The notes below the pieces were generated by a model. It was not told the origin of the DNA, did no database searches, and saw nothing but the letters and a program-made list of their open reading frames with translations. DNA of 64,000 nucleotides from an uncultured bacterium (lineage in GTDB: Bacteria > Krumholzibacteriota > Krumholzibacteriia > Krumholzibacteriales > Krumholzibacteriaceae): the NCBI GenBank assembly GCA_963813815.1, contig CAWFAD010000011.1, forward strand, positions 96,001 through 160,000, in the 5' to 3' direction. This document shows, one piece after another, positions 19,212-28,060 of the stretch. Within the stretch, counting starts at the first letter, position 1, and the number at the start of each line of letters is the position of its first letter. The position numbers were made by a program, and so were the translations under genes.

Positions 19212-20006
19212 ATGAGGCCGACGGGTCTTAGCCGCGCGGTGTATCTCGGCGTCGCGTGCGCGGTCTCCCTCTCGATCGCCGGATGCGGGGGAGGAAACAA
19301 GCTCATCGCGAGCCGGAACGGGCTCGTGGAGAGCGGCACGCTCGAGCTCGACAGCATTCCCGTCTCCCCCGCCGAAGGCGAGTACGTCATCGGGCAGGGA
19401 GACCGTGTCGACATTCGCTTCCCCTTCAACTCGGAGCTCGATGAGATCGGAGTGCCGGTGAGGCCGGACGGCAGGATCACGCTGTCGCTCATAGGCGACG
19501 TGGTCGCCGCGGGGATGACGCCCTCGGCGCTCGACTCCGTTATCACGAGCCGCTACGCCGAGTTCGTCGTCGATCCGAACGTCGCCGTCATCGTGAAGGA
19601 CTTCGCGGCGCAGGTCGTCTACGTGCTCGGCGAGGTGGGGACGGCGGGCGGATTCCCCTACGAGCGCGGAATGACGCTCCTCGGCGCGCTCGCGCTGGGC
19701 CGCGGTCCGACGCCGAAGGGGGCTTCGAACGGCGTGCTCATCATCCGGAAGATCGGCCCCGCGCACGTCATCGGCATACAGATCGATTACGGGGACGTCG
19801 CGGGCGGAAAGCGGTTCGATCTCAACGTGCCCCTGCAGGCGGGCGACATCGTGCTCGTTCCGAAATCGCGCATCGGCAAGACGCAGGACTTCGTCCTCAT
19901 GCTCCATGACATTCTCAGCAGGCCGTTAGACCTCTATCTCAAGGGTTGGAATGTGGCGAACGCGAAGATCATGTTCGATTACTACCAGCGGGTGGGACAG
20001 TTCTAA
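19212..20006 (+). CDS. wza: Polysaccharide export lipoprotein (Wza/OPX family)
   Basis: Lipobox LSIAGC; YVIGQGD, VRPDGRITL, VYVLGEV, LQAGDIVLVP; start could be 19182. Confidence 0.85.
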   Translation: MRPTGLSRAVYLGVACAVSLSIAGCGGGNKLIASRNGLVESGTLELDSIPVSPAEGEYVIGQGDRVDIRFPFNSELDEIGVPVRPDGRITLSLIGDVVAAGMTPSALDSVITSRYAEFVVDPNVAVIVKDFAAQVVYVLGEVGTAGGFPYERGMTLLGALALGRGPTPKGASNGVLIIRKIGPAHVIGIQIDYGDVAGGKRFDLNVPLQAGDIVLVPKSRIGKTQDFVLMLHDILSRPLDLYLKGWNVANAKIMFDYYQRVGQF

Positions 20007-21385
20007 TGGCGGGAATCGCAGAAGGCACCGGCGAGCTGCGGCGCGAATCGACCGTCAAGGATTTCCTCGAGGTCGTCTTCCGGCGCAAGTGGGTCATTCT
20101 GGGGATCGTCGCCGTGGCGGTCGTCGTCACGACGATCATGATGCTCCGCCAGCCCGCCATGTACGAGTCGTCGGCGAAGATTCTCGCGCGGCGGGGCGAG
20201 GCGCCCGGGGTCTACGATCCGAGCATACGCACGCTCACGTGGGAAGAGGAAATCTCCTCGCAGATCGAAATGATCAAATCGCAGGTCGTCACGAGCGCCG
20301 CCCAGAGCCTTCTGCCGCGGTTCCTGCCCGAGGGAAAGCGGACCTCGGAGACGATCATACTCGAGCGCGTGAACGCGGGGGTCGTCTCGACGTCGAACGT
20401 CATTTGGGTCACCTACAACTCCCGCAGCGCCGTGTTCTGCAAGGCGGCGGTCGACGCGGTCGTGACCGCGTACCAGGAATATTACGCGAGCATGCGGACG
20501 CCTCCCGTTATGGAGGACTTCTTCGCGCAGGAGATCGGGCGTCTTCAAGAGGAGCTCGAGTTCTGGAGAGCGCGCAAGGAAGACGTCCTGAAGAGCTGGG
20601 ACATCGTCGACATGGAAACCCAGCGCCGGAGCCTCATCGAGCGGCTCGCCGCGTACGAGGGGGATCTGAACGAGGCGATGCTCGACCGCACGCGGCTCGA
20701 AACGATCGTCGCGAATCTCGAGAGCCTGCGCTCGAGCACCTTCGAGTCTCTCGTAGCGGCCTCGACCGGTCTCACCGATTCGGCGATCGAGGGAACGGTC
20801 ATCGCGGATCTCCGCGTCAAGATCCATGCGCTGGCCCTGCAGGAATCGGAGCTCGCGGCCAAGCTCACCGATGAGAATCCCGAGCTCGTTCGGATCCGCG
20901 CCCAGATCAAAGACGCGCGCGCCATGCTCGCGAAGGAAGTGGACACGCAAGTCCTCATGGCCCGCATGCAGCTCGACGTGATCGAGAATCGCGAGGCGAT
21001 GATTCGGGGCATACTCGACGGTCTCGCCGCTCGAAAGGCCGCCTATCCGCAGAAGGAAGTGGAGTTCGAGAGGGTCGAGGTGACGCTCGCCAAGCTGCAG
21101 TCGACGTACGAGGACGTGGTCGACCAGCACATGGCTGCGAAGATCAAGGTCGCGAGCAATCCCGAGTGGACCGTGACCATTCTCAACGCTGCGAGCGAGG
21201 CGTATCGCAAGAAGACGCTCGATTACGTCCGCATGGCGCTCGGGCCGCTCTTCAGCCTCATCGTGGCGCTCGGTCTCGCCTTCTTCGTGGACAATCTCGA
21301 TCATTCGATCAAGAGTATCACGGAGGCCGAGGAGAGCCTGGGGCTTTCGGTGCTGGCCAATTTCCCCGAGACGAGCAGGAAATAA
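20006..21385 (+). CDS. Polysaccharide co-polymerase / chain-length determinant (Wzz/GumC-like)
   Basis: DFLEVVFRRKWVI TM1, YESSAKIL, long coiled coil, C-terminal TM, LDHSIKS...EESLGLSVL. Confidence 0.85.
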   Translation: MAGIAEGTGELRRESTVKDFLEVVFRRKWVILGIVAVAVVVTTIMMLRQPAMYESSAKILARRGEAPGVYDPSIRTLTWEEEISSQIEMIKSQVVTSAAQSLLPRFLPEGKRTSETIILERVNAGVVSTSNVIWVTYNSRSAVFCKAAVDAVVTAYQEYYASMRTPPVMEDFFAQEIGRLQEELEFWRARKEDVLKSWDIVDMETQRRSLIERLAAYEGDLNEAMLDRTRLETIVANLESLRSSTFESLVAASTGLTDSAIEGTVIADLRVKIHALALQESELAAKLTDENPELVRIRAQIKDARAMLAKEVDTQVLMARMQLDVIENREAMIRGILDGLAARKAAYPQKEVEFERVEVTLAKLQSTYEDVVDQHMAAKIKVASNPEWTVTILNAASEAYRKKTLDYVRMALGPLFSLIVALGLAFFVDNLDHSIKSITEAEESLGLSVLANFPETSRK

Positions 21386-21391
21386 GATTCT

Positions 21392-22243
21392 ATGTACGAG
21401 GAATTCTTCGGGTTCAAAGAGCTACCGTTCAACGTGACGCCCGATCCTCATTTCCTGTACCGGAGCAGGAGTCACCGGGACGCGCTCGCGTACATCACGT
21501 ACGGCGTGTTCCAGCGCAAGGGATTCATCGCGGTGACGGGAGAGGTAGGGGTCGGCAAGACGACGGTCGTCAGCGCCTTCATGGATCTCTTCGAGCCCTC
21601 CCTCGAGGTCGCCTTTATTTTTTCGACGAAGTTCCCCTTCGATCAGCTCCTCTACCTCATCTGCAAGGATTTCGGGCTGCAGGCGGACGGGCTCAACAAG
21701 GCGCAGATGCTGCTCCTCCTGAACGAGTTCCTCATCGGGCAGAACGAAAATAACCGCAACGCCGTTCTCATCATAGACGAGGCGCACAACCTGAGCCCCG
21801 ACGTGCTCGAAGAGCTTCGGATGCTCTCGAACCTCGAGACGCGCGACCGCAAGCTTCTCCAGATCATGCTCGTCGGACAGCCCGAGCTCGAGATCGTGCT
21901 CAACATGAACGAGCTGAGGCAGCTTCGCCAGCGCATACCGGGCATCTGCCGCATTTCGGTCCTCGGCCGCGAAGACGTGGAGAACTACATCAGCTATCGT
22001 CTCGAGGTGGCGGGCGGGGGCCGGGGCCTCGTCCAGTTCACTTCCGATTCGTTCGACGAAATATTTCACTATTCGGGAGGCATTCCGCGGCTTATAAACA
22101 TACTGTGCGACCGCGTGCTGCTCGTCGCGTACGTGTCGAGCACGCGGGTCGTCGACGGCCGGATCGTGCGGGAGGGGATCAGGGATCTGGAATCGCCCGG
22201 GTTCGACGCCGGCAAGCGCCGCGTCGTGAAGCCGCGCGTCTAG
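21392..22243 (+). CDS. ExeA/PrsA-like AAA ATPase
   Basis: MYEEFFGFKELPFNVTPDP, GEVGVGKTT, IIDEAHNL, LVGQPEL, SGGIPRLINILCD. Confidence 0.88.
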   Translation: MYEEFFGFKELPFNVTPDPHFLYRSRSHRDALAYITYGVFQRKGFIAVTGEVGVGKTTVVSAFMDLFEPSLEVAFIFSTKFPFDQLLYLICKDFGLQADGLNKAQMLLLLNEFLIGQNENNRNAVLIIDEAHNLSPDVLEELRMLSNLETRDRKLLQIMLVGQPELEIVLNMNELRQLRQRIPGICRISVLGREDVENYISYRLEVAGGGRGLVQFTSDSFDEIFHYSGGIPRLINILCDRVLLVAYVSSTRVVDGRIVREGIRDLESPGFDAGKRRVVKPRV

Positions 22244-22271
22244 CGGCGCGGGGGCGAACGGAGAGCCGGAG

Positions 22272-23036
22272 ATGAGCAAGATATACGACGCGCTGCGGAA
22301 GGCGGAAAAGGGCCGCGATCGGCCGATCGAGCGCGGGCCCGACGAGCGGCCGCGCGTCACCGTCCGCCCGCTCGAGGAATCCCGCGTGCTCACCGGCATG
22401 AACGAGAGGTTCCGCCGGTCGCTCCTCAATCTCAAGAACGCGATCGATTCGGAGATGAAGACGAAGGCGTCCCGCGTCGTGCTCTTCACGAGCGCGGTCC
22501 GGGGGGAGGGCAAGACGACGATCGTCGCCTCTCTCGCCCGGATACTCTCGCTCCACGATTCGCAGAAGCTGCTGCTCGTCGACTGCGCGGTTCGCGATCC
22601 GAAGCTCCACGGCCTCTTCGGCATGAGGAACGAAAAGGGCGTCGTGGAGTATCTCTCGGGACGGGCATCCTTCGCCGACATCGTGCGGCCGGTCGACGAG
22701 GGGGCGCTCGATCTCGTGACGGCGGGCCTCTGCGAGGAAGTCGATGCTCTGCAGCCGCTTTTCAACTCGGAGGCCCTGAGCCTGTTCTTCAAGGAAGCGG
22801 CCTCGCGTTACGACTACGTGCTCGTCGATTCGTCGGCCGTGCTCGAGTCGCCGGAGACGCCGCTCATCGGCTCGCGCGTCGACGGCATCGTGCTCGTGGT
22901 TCACGCGGCCAAAACGCGGCGCGAGGTCATCAAGCGGGCCATGCTCATGGTGCAGAAGCTCGATGGAAGATTCATCGGCACCGTCCTCAATAGAAAACAG
23001 TACTATATCCCCGAGGGCATCTACCGACGGGTGTGA
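22272..23036 (+). CDS. CpsD/CapB-family bacterial tyrosine kinase
   Basis: MSKIYDALRKAE, TSAVRGEGKTT, LLVDC, VLVDS, Tyr-containing tail YYIPEGIY. Confidence 0.85.
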   Translation: MSKIYDALRKAEKGRDRPIERGPDERPRVTVRPLEESRVLTGMNERFRRSLLNLKNAIDSEMKTKASRVVLFTSAVRGEGKTTIVASLARILSLHDSQKLLLVDCAVRDPKLHGLFGMRNEKGVVEYLSGRASFADIVRPVDEGALDLVTAGLCEEVDALQPLFNSEALSLFFKEAASRYDYVLVDSSAVLESPETPLIGSRVDGIVLVVHAAKTRREVIKRAMLMVQKLDGRFIGTVLNRKQYYIPEGIYRRV

Positions 23037-24253
23037 CACGCGCCGTGACTCGATCCCGCGAGTGGTGGCAGCATCGTTCCCCGGCATTCCTTGCCGCTTG
23101 TGCGCGTCTCATCGAGGAGCGCATCGGGCGCGGGAAGGCGCGGGCCGTCGTCATATGCGGCAGCTTCGCGACGGGAGACGAATCGATCGTTCTCGAGACG
23201 GAGCCGCCCATCCTGCTTTCCGACGTCGACACGGTGGTCGTCGTACCTTCCCTCGCCGATCTCCAACGCTGGGGTGCGCGGCGCGTCGAGCTCGGGGCGG
23301 CCTGCGAGGCCCTTCTGCCCGAGGTTCGTTTCGCCGGCCGCGTGGACGTTGGTTTCATGCTGGAGCGGGATCTCGGCGCCCTTCCCGCGCGCCCGGGCGT
23401 TCTCGACATGCGAAGCGCGGGGCGGGTGCTGGCGGGCGAGCCCCGGGTAATCGAGGCGGTTCCGGACTACCGGCCTTCGGACATTCAAGCGCGCGAGGCG
23501 GTGATACTCATCGAGAACCGCATCGTGTCCCTGCTCGGATGGGTGTCAGGAGGAGCGGGGAGCGGGGAGGAGGGGTGGTATCGCTTCCGCTATGAAATGG
23601 CGAAGGCGTATACGGACATGGCGGCCGCGGCCCTCTCGATCGCGGGCTCGTATCGCGCGGGATACGCCGCGCGCGCCGGAGAGGTCGCCGATGTCCCGCC
23701 CGAGGGGAGATCCGTGGTCGGACGGCTCATCGACGCCCCGCTCGGGCGGAGGATAGCGGCCTGGACCGATTTCAAGATCGCGCCGTCGCGCGGCTCGGCT
23801 CCTCCCGGTTCGGAAGGCGCGGACGCCGCTCTCTGGGAGGAGACGGCGAGCGATCTGGAGGGTTTCTGGCGGCGGACGGCCGCCTTCGCGTTCTCCGGCG
23901 CTCAGGGCCTCATTCGGGAGCCGCGGGACGAGGATCTCGTCGAAGCGGGGAGACGGGCCGCGGGAGCGCGCGACCGGTGGAGGAGCTGGCGGGGATACCT
24001 CCCCCGTCTCGGCGCGGCGCGGGCCGCCATGATCCTCGCGGGTCGCGGCGCGGGTCTCCTCGGCGCCTTCCCCGACGATCTGATTCGGGAGCACGGGGCG
24101 AGGCTTCTCGTTCACCGCGTGAGCCGCGGAGCGGCGGCGCCCGTAAAGAGGCCGGCCGGCGGATGGCCGTATCGATCGACCGAGTGGCCGGAAGCCGCCG
24201 AAGAGCTCTCGCGCGTCTGGCGCGAATTGGTGTTCGGACGGAAGGAAGCGTAG
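23033..24253 (+). CDS. Hypothetical protein with Pol-beta-type nucleotidyltransferase motif
   Basis: VICGSFATGDE...LSDVDTVVV (GS...DxD), third acidic residue in VDVG, helical C-terminal part. Confidence 0.6.
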   Translation: MTRAVTRSREWWQHRSPAFLAACARLIEERIGRGKARAVVICGSFATGDESIVLETEPPILLSDVDTVVVVPSLADLQRWGARRVELGAACEALLPEVRFAGRVDVGFMLERDLGALPARPGVLDMRSAGRVLAGEPRVIEAVPDYRPSDIQAREAVILIENRIVSLLGWVSGGAGSGEEGWYRFRYEMAKAYTDMAAAALSIAGSYRAGYAARAGEVADVPPEGRSVVGRLIDAPLGRRIAAWTDFKIAPSRGSAPPGSEGADAALWEETASDLEGFWRRTAAFAFSGAQGLIREPRDEDLVEAGRRAAGARDRWRSWRGYLPRLGAARAAMILAGRGAGLLGAFPDDLIREHGARLLVHRVSRGAAAPVKRPAGGWPYRSTEWPEAAEELSRVWRELVFGRKEA

Positions 24254-24256
24254 GCG

Positions 24257-25405
24257 ATGATCGAGCGAACGATCGTCATCCTGATCGACGCCCTCGGGTT
24301 CACGCTCGCGGGAGCACGGGGATTCGCGCCGGCCGGGCTCGCGCATCGCGCCCGCGTGCGGACGGTGCTCGGCTTCAGCCAGGCGGCGATCGCGACGATC
24401 CTGACCGGTCTCGCGCCGTCGGAGCATGGGTTGTGGATGATGTACGCGTTCAGCGAGCGCGGAGGACCGCTCCGCTGGCTCCGGGGCCTCCCGCCATTCG
24501 TGTCGACGCGGCGCCGATGGCTGAGAAGGCTCATGGCCTGGGACCTGCGCGTCGCGCACGGCGTGCGGGGGTATTTCAGCCTCTATGACGTGCCGCGAGA
24601 GGTGCTGCCGTATCTCGATCTCCCCGCTCGGGGGAATATCTTTGCGCCGGGCGGGGCCGCCCCGGCGCGCACGATTCTCGACGATCTCGTGGGGGGCGGC
24701 GAGCCGTTTCGCGTCTGGGATTACCGCACGGACGAGGAGCGATCTTTCGCCGAGCTCGAGGAAGCGGCGGCCGCGGGGAGGCAGAGCTTTCTTCTTCTCT
24801 ATGCGGCGGGGCTCGATTCCGATCTGCACCGCTTCGGCCGCGGCGACGGGCGGATCGCCGCGCGCCTCGAGTGGTATCGCGGCAGGATCGATCGGATCGT
24901 GGAGGCGGCGGGCGCATCAGGCGGGGCGAGGGTGTTCGTGCTCGGCGACCATGGCATGTGCGACGTTCGTTCGCGGATCGACGTCATGGCGCGCGTCGGC
25001 GCTCTCGGCCTCGGAATCCCGGGCGATTACATCCCGTTCTATGATTCGACGATGGCACGCTTCAAGGTGTTCTCCGGCTCCGCCCGGTCGCGGCTCGAGA
25101 TCTGTCTCGGCGACCTTCCGGGCGGGCGCATGCTCGGGGCGGAGGATCTGCGGGCGCTCGGTGCGGGAGGTGGTGGGGGACGATACGGCGATATGGTGTA
25201 CCTCGCCGATCCGGGCGTCGTCATAGCCCCGAGCCACATGGGAGAGGGGAGGGTCGCGGCTATGCACGGTTACCATCCGGACGCGGAGGACATGTACAGC
25301 GTTATGCTGTCGAACGTTCCCCTTCCGTCGGGTGAGCTTGAGCTCGCCTCCGTGGCCCGCGTGCTCCGGCCTCGCTTCGTTCCCGGCGGAGGTGGAGCCC
25401 CGTGA
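24257..25405 (+). CDS. Alkaline phosphatase superfamily (phosphodiesterase/NPP-like) protein
   Basis: LIDALG, FSQAAIATILTG, DSDLH, GDHGM, MHGY metal-ligand motifs. Confidence 0.8.
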   Translation: MIERTIVILIDALGFTLAGARGFAPAGLAHRARVRTVLGFSQAAIATILTGLAPSEHGLWMMYAFSERGGPLRWLRGLPPFVSTRRRWLRRLMAWDLRVAHGVRGYFSLYDVPREVLPYLDLPARGNIFAPGGAAPARTILDDLVGGGEPFRVWDYRTDEERSFAELEEAAAAGRQSFLLLYAAGLDSDLHRFGRGDGRIAARLEWYRGRIDRIVEAAGASGGARVFVLGDHGMCDVRSRIDVMARVGALGLGIPGDYIPFYDSTMARFKVFSGSARSRLEICLGDLPGGRMLGAEDLRALGAGGGGGRYGDMVYLADPGVVIAPSHMGEGRVAAMHGYHPDAEDMYSVMLSNVPLPSGELELASVARVLRPRFVPGGGGAP

Positions 25406-26898
25406 CGATCGAAAAGGTCGCCCGCGCGATGCCATGGAGCCTCGCGGCGAGAGCGCTCGCCTTCGCGGCCGGCATCGTGGGAAACATCCTCATCGTTCGC
25501 TCGCTCGGCGCGCTGGGGTGGGGAATGCTGAGCGAGCTGCGGACGATCGTCGGCTTCGCGTTCGTTCTCGTTATGCTCGGCCTCGATGCCGCTCTCGTGA
25601 AATACATCCCCCTGCTCGGCGTGCGCGGCGGGCTTCGGGGATTCTTCAGAACGTTCCGTGGGCTCGTTCTCCTGCAGATCTCGGTATGGCTCGCCCTCAT
25701 CCTCGCGGCGTATTTCGGCGAGGGCTCTTTCGCGCGTCTCTTCGAGGGCCATCCCCCGCGGTTCGGGTTCTACCTCCAGATAGCCGTCGTCTTCGTGATC
25801 TTCGAGATATTTCTGCAGCTCCTCTCGAGCGCGCTGCAGTCGTTCTACGAGACGAAGCGTCTCGCGGCGGCGGTCGCCTGCGGGAACGTGCTCTACATCG
25901 CGATCCTCATCGCTGTTCTGAGCGCGGGGCACGGGGTCGTGGGCGTGCTCGCGGCGTCCGCGGCCGCCAATCTCTGCATCGCCGCCATTCTTGCTCCCCG
26001 CGCGGCGGCTCTCGCCGAGCGCGCGCCGGAGGGAGCCGGACCGGCGATGGGGGAGCTGCTGCGCTTCTCGCTCCCCTTCGTCATAACGGGGATACTCAAC
26101 CAGATCGTGTGGCGCCAATCGGAGGTGCTTTTTCTCGGACACTTCCGGGGGGCGGCGGAGGCCGGATTCTTCAGCCTCGCTTACCGGACGCCCCAGCTGC
26201 TTCTCGAGTTCGTTCCGCTTACCGTCTATCCGCTCATTATGGCCGGGTCGTCGGAGGTATTCGCGCGCGACGCGCGCAACCTCGCGGGGGCGGTCGATCT
26301 CTATTACCGCCTGCTCTACCTGCTCGTCGTCCCGGTCGCCGCGTTCGGCTTCGCGTTCGCGCGGCCCCTCGTGCCTCTGCTGTATGGAGCGGAAATGCTT
26401 CCGGCTGCATCACTTACACAGCTCTTTTTCGTTGTGTTTTCGTACTCCTTTCTCTATACTCCGCTCAGCATGGCCCTCTACGTCATGGGCAAGAGCTGGA
26501 TCAACATGTCGATATTTCTGACGCTCGCCGTCGTGAACGTGGGCCTCGATCTCTTGCTCATTCCGCGTTACGGGATGTGGGGCGCGATGATTCCGGTTCC
26601 CATCGTGCTCACCTCGGCGGTCGTGCTGTTCCATGCGGCCATGAGGCGCGAGCGCCCGGACGTGAGGATTCCCTGGCGCTTCATCGGGCGGTGCTGTCTC
26701 GGCGCGCTGCCGCTCGCCGCTCTCGCGATCCCGTCCTCGCGGTGGACCGGAGCGTGGGCGATCGCGATCATGGCTCCCGCGGGGATCGCTCTTCTCTACG
26801 CGGGATTCCGGCTGTTCCGGGTCATCGGCGATGAGGAGAAAAATCTCATCCGGAAGCTGCCGATTCCTATGAAGGAGCGTCTGCTCAGTCTCTTCTGA
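25402..26898 (+). CDS. wzx: Wzx/MOP-family polysaccharide flippase
   Basis: 498 aa, ~12-14 TM; ELLRFSLP, AGFFSLAY, LLIPRYGMWGA. Confidence 0.85.
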   Translation: MTIEKVARAMPWSLAARALAFAAGIVGNILIVRSLGALGWGMLSELRTIVGFAFVLVMLGLDAALVKYIPLLGVRGGLRGFFRTFRGLVLLQISVWLALILAAYFGEGSFARLFEGHPPRFGFYLQIAVVFVIFEIFLQLLSSALQSFYETKRLAAAVACGNVLYIAILIAVLSAGHGVVGVLAASAAANLCIAAILAPRAAALAERAPEGAGPAMGELLRFSLPFVITGILNQIVWRQSEVLFLGHFRGAAEAGFFSLAYRTPQLLLEFVPLTVYPLIMAGSSEVFARDARNLAGAVDLYYRLLYLLVVPVAAFGFAFARPLVPLLYGAEMLPAASLTQLFFVVFSYSFLYTPLSMALYVMGKSWINMSIFLTLAVVNVGLDLLLIPRYGMWGAMIPVPIVLTSAVVLFHAAMRRERPDVRIPWRFIGRCCLGALPLAALAIPSSRWTGAWAIAIMAPAGIALLYAGFRLFRVIGDEEKNLIRKLPIPMKERLLSLF

Positions 26899-26910
26899 GG
26901 GAGATTCAGG

Positions 26911-27591
26911 ATGTTTCGAGGGAAACGGATATCGGTCGTCATCCCGTGCTTCAACGAGGAGGGGGGGATCGCGCGCGTCATCCCATCGCTTCCTCCCTCC
27001 GTCGATGAAATCGTCGTCGTCGACAACAACTCGACCGATCGCACGGGGGATGTGGCCCGCGGCCTCGGCGCGCGCGTCGTGCTCGAGCGGCGCAAGGGAT
27101 ACGGTGCGGCGTACCAGGCAGGTCTCGCCGCCGTGACGGGGGACATTACCGTCACGATGGACGGCGACGGCACGTACCCGGCCGACGAGATAGAGGAATG
27201 CGTCGCCCACCTTCTCGACCACGATCTCGATTTCGTCTCCGCCTCGCGTTTTCCGCTGCTGGAAGCCGGGGCTATGAACGTGTCGAACCGCATCGGAAAC
27301 TGGGTTCTCACGGCGGCGACGTTCGTGCTCTTCCGACGGGGGATCAAGGATTCGCAATCGGGCATGTGGATCTTCCGCAGCGGCCTCTACCGCGAGCTCG
27401 CGCCCCGGAGCGACGGAATGCCGTTCAGCGAGGAGATCAAGATCAAGGCGATCCTGCATCCCGGAGTCAGGTTCGGCGAATGCCACATCCGCTACCGTCC
27501 CCGCATCGGAGAGGTGAAGCTCCAGAAATGGCGCGACGGCGTGCGGAATCTCTGGTTTCTCGTCCGTCTGCGTTTCCGCTCGCGCGCGTGA
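26911..27591 (+). CDS. GT2 glycosyltransferase (polyprenyl-phosphate sugar synthase-like)
   Basis: VIPCFNEE, VDNNSTDRT, GYGAA, MDGDGTY, DSQSG, RIGEVKL...DG. Confidence 0.88.
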   Translation: MFRGKRISVVIPCFNEEGGIARVIPSLPPSVDEIVVVDNNSTDRTGDVARGLGARVVLERRKGYGAAYQAGLAAVTGDITVTMDGDGTYPADEIEECVAHLLDHDLDFVSASRFPLLEAGAMNVSNRIGNWVLTAATFVLFRRGIKDSQSGMWIFRSGLYRELAPRSDGMPFSEEIKIKAILHPGVRFGECHIRYRPRIGEVKLQKWRDGVRNLWFLVRLRFRSRA

Positions 27592-27633
27592 GGGATGAAC
27601 GGGCGCGGCGGCGGTCCCGGGAAGGAGTCGACA

Positions 27634-27996
27634 ATGCTGAAGAGCCTCGTGCTCATCGTTTTCACGGTCGTCATCAACACGGTCGGTCAGTTCATGGTCA
27701 AGGCGGGGGTGAACCGGACCGGCCACGTGAGCCTCTTCGACGTCGGCAGCATAGCGCGCGCACTGTTCTCATGGCTCGTGATAGGGGGCTTCGCGGTCTA
27801 TTTCTTGAGCGGCATCATCTGGATCAGCATCCTGTCGAGAGCCGAGCTCAGCTGGGCGTTTCCGATTCTCAGTCTTTCGTACGTGCTCACGGCGATTCTA
27901 TCGCCGTTCATCCTGCACGAGAGCTTCTCCGCCCAGCGGCTCGCCGGCATTCTCGTCATCTGCTTCGGCGTGTATCTCGTGAGCAGAACGTACTGA
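27634..27996 (+). CDS. Small DMT/EamA (ArnE/ArnF-like) membrane transporter
   Basis: 120 aa, 4 TM; GQFMVKAG, WISILSRAELSWAFP, LHE...GILVI; AAGGAG RBS. Confidence 0.8.
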   Translation: MLKSLVLIVFTVVINTVGQFMVKAGVNRTGHVSLFDVGSIARALFSWLVIGGFAVYFLSGIIWISILSRAELSWAFPILSLSYVLTAILSPFILHESFSAQRLAGILVICFGVYLVSRTY

Positions 27997-28060
27997 GGTC
28001 CGGCGGACGGCGGGCGCCGGGCCGGAGCGGCGCGGCCGCGCGCCGAAATCCCGGCGAGGG

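Noticed and set aside
23033..24253. CBASS cyclase or MNT-HEPN toxin-antitoxin interpretation of the nucleotidyltransferase
   Set aside because: No adjacent effector, Cap or separate HEPN gene; it is translationally coupled within a polysaccharide operon.
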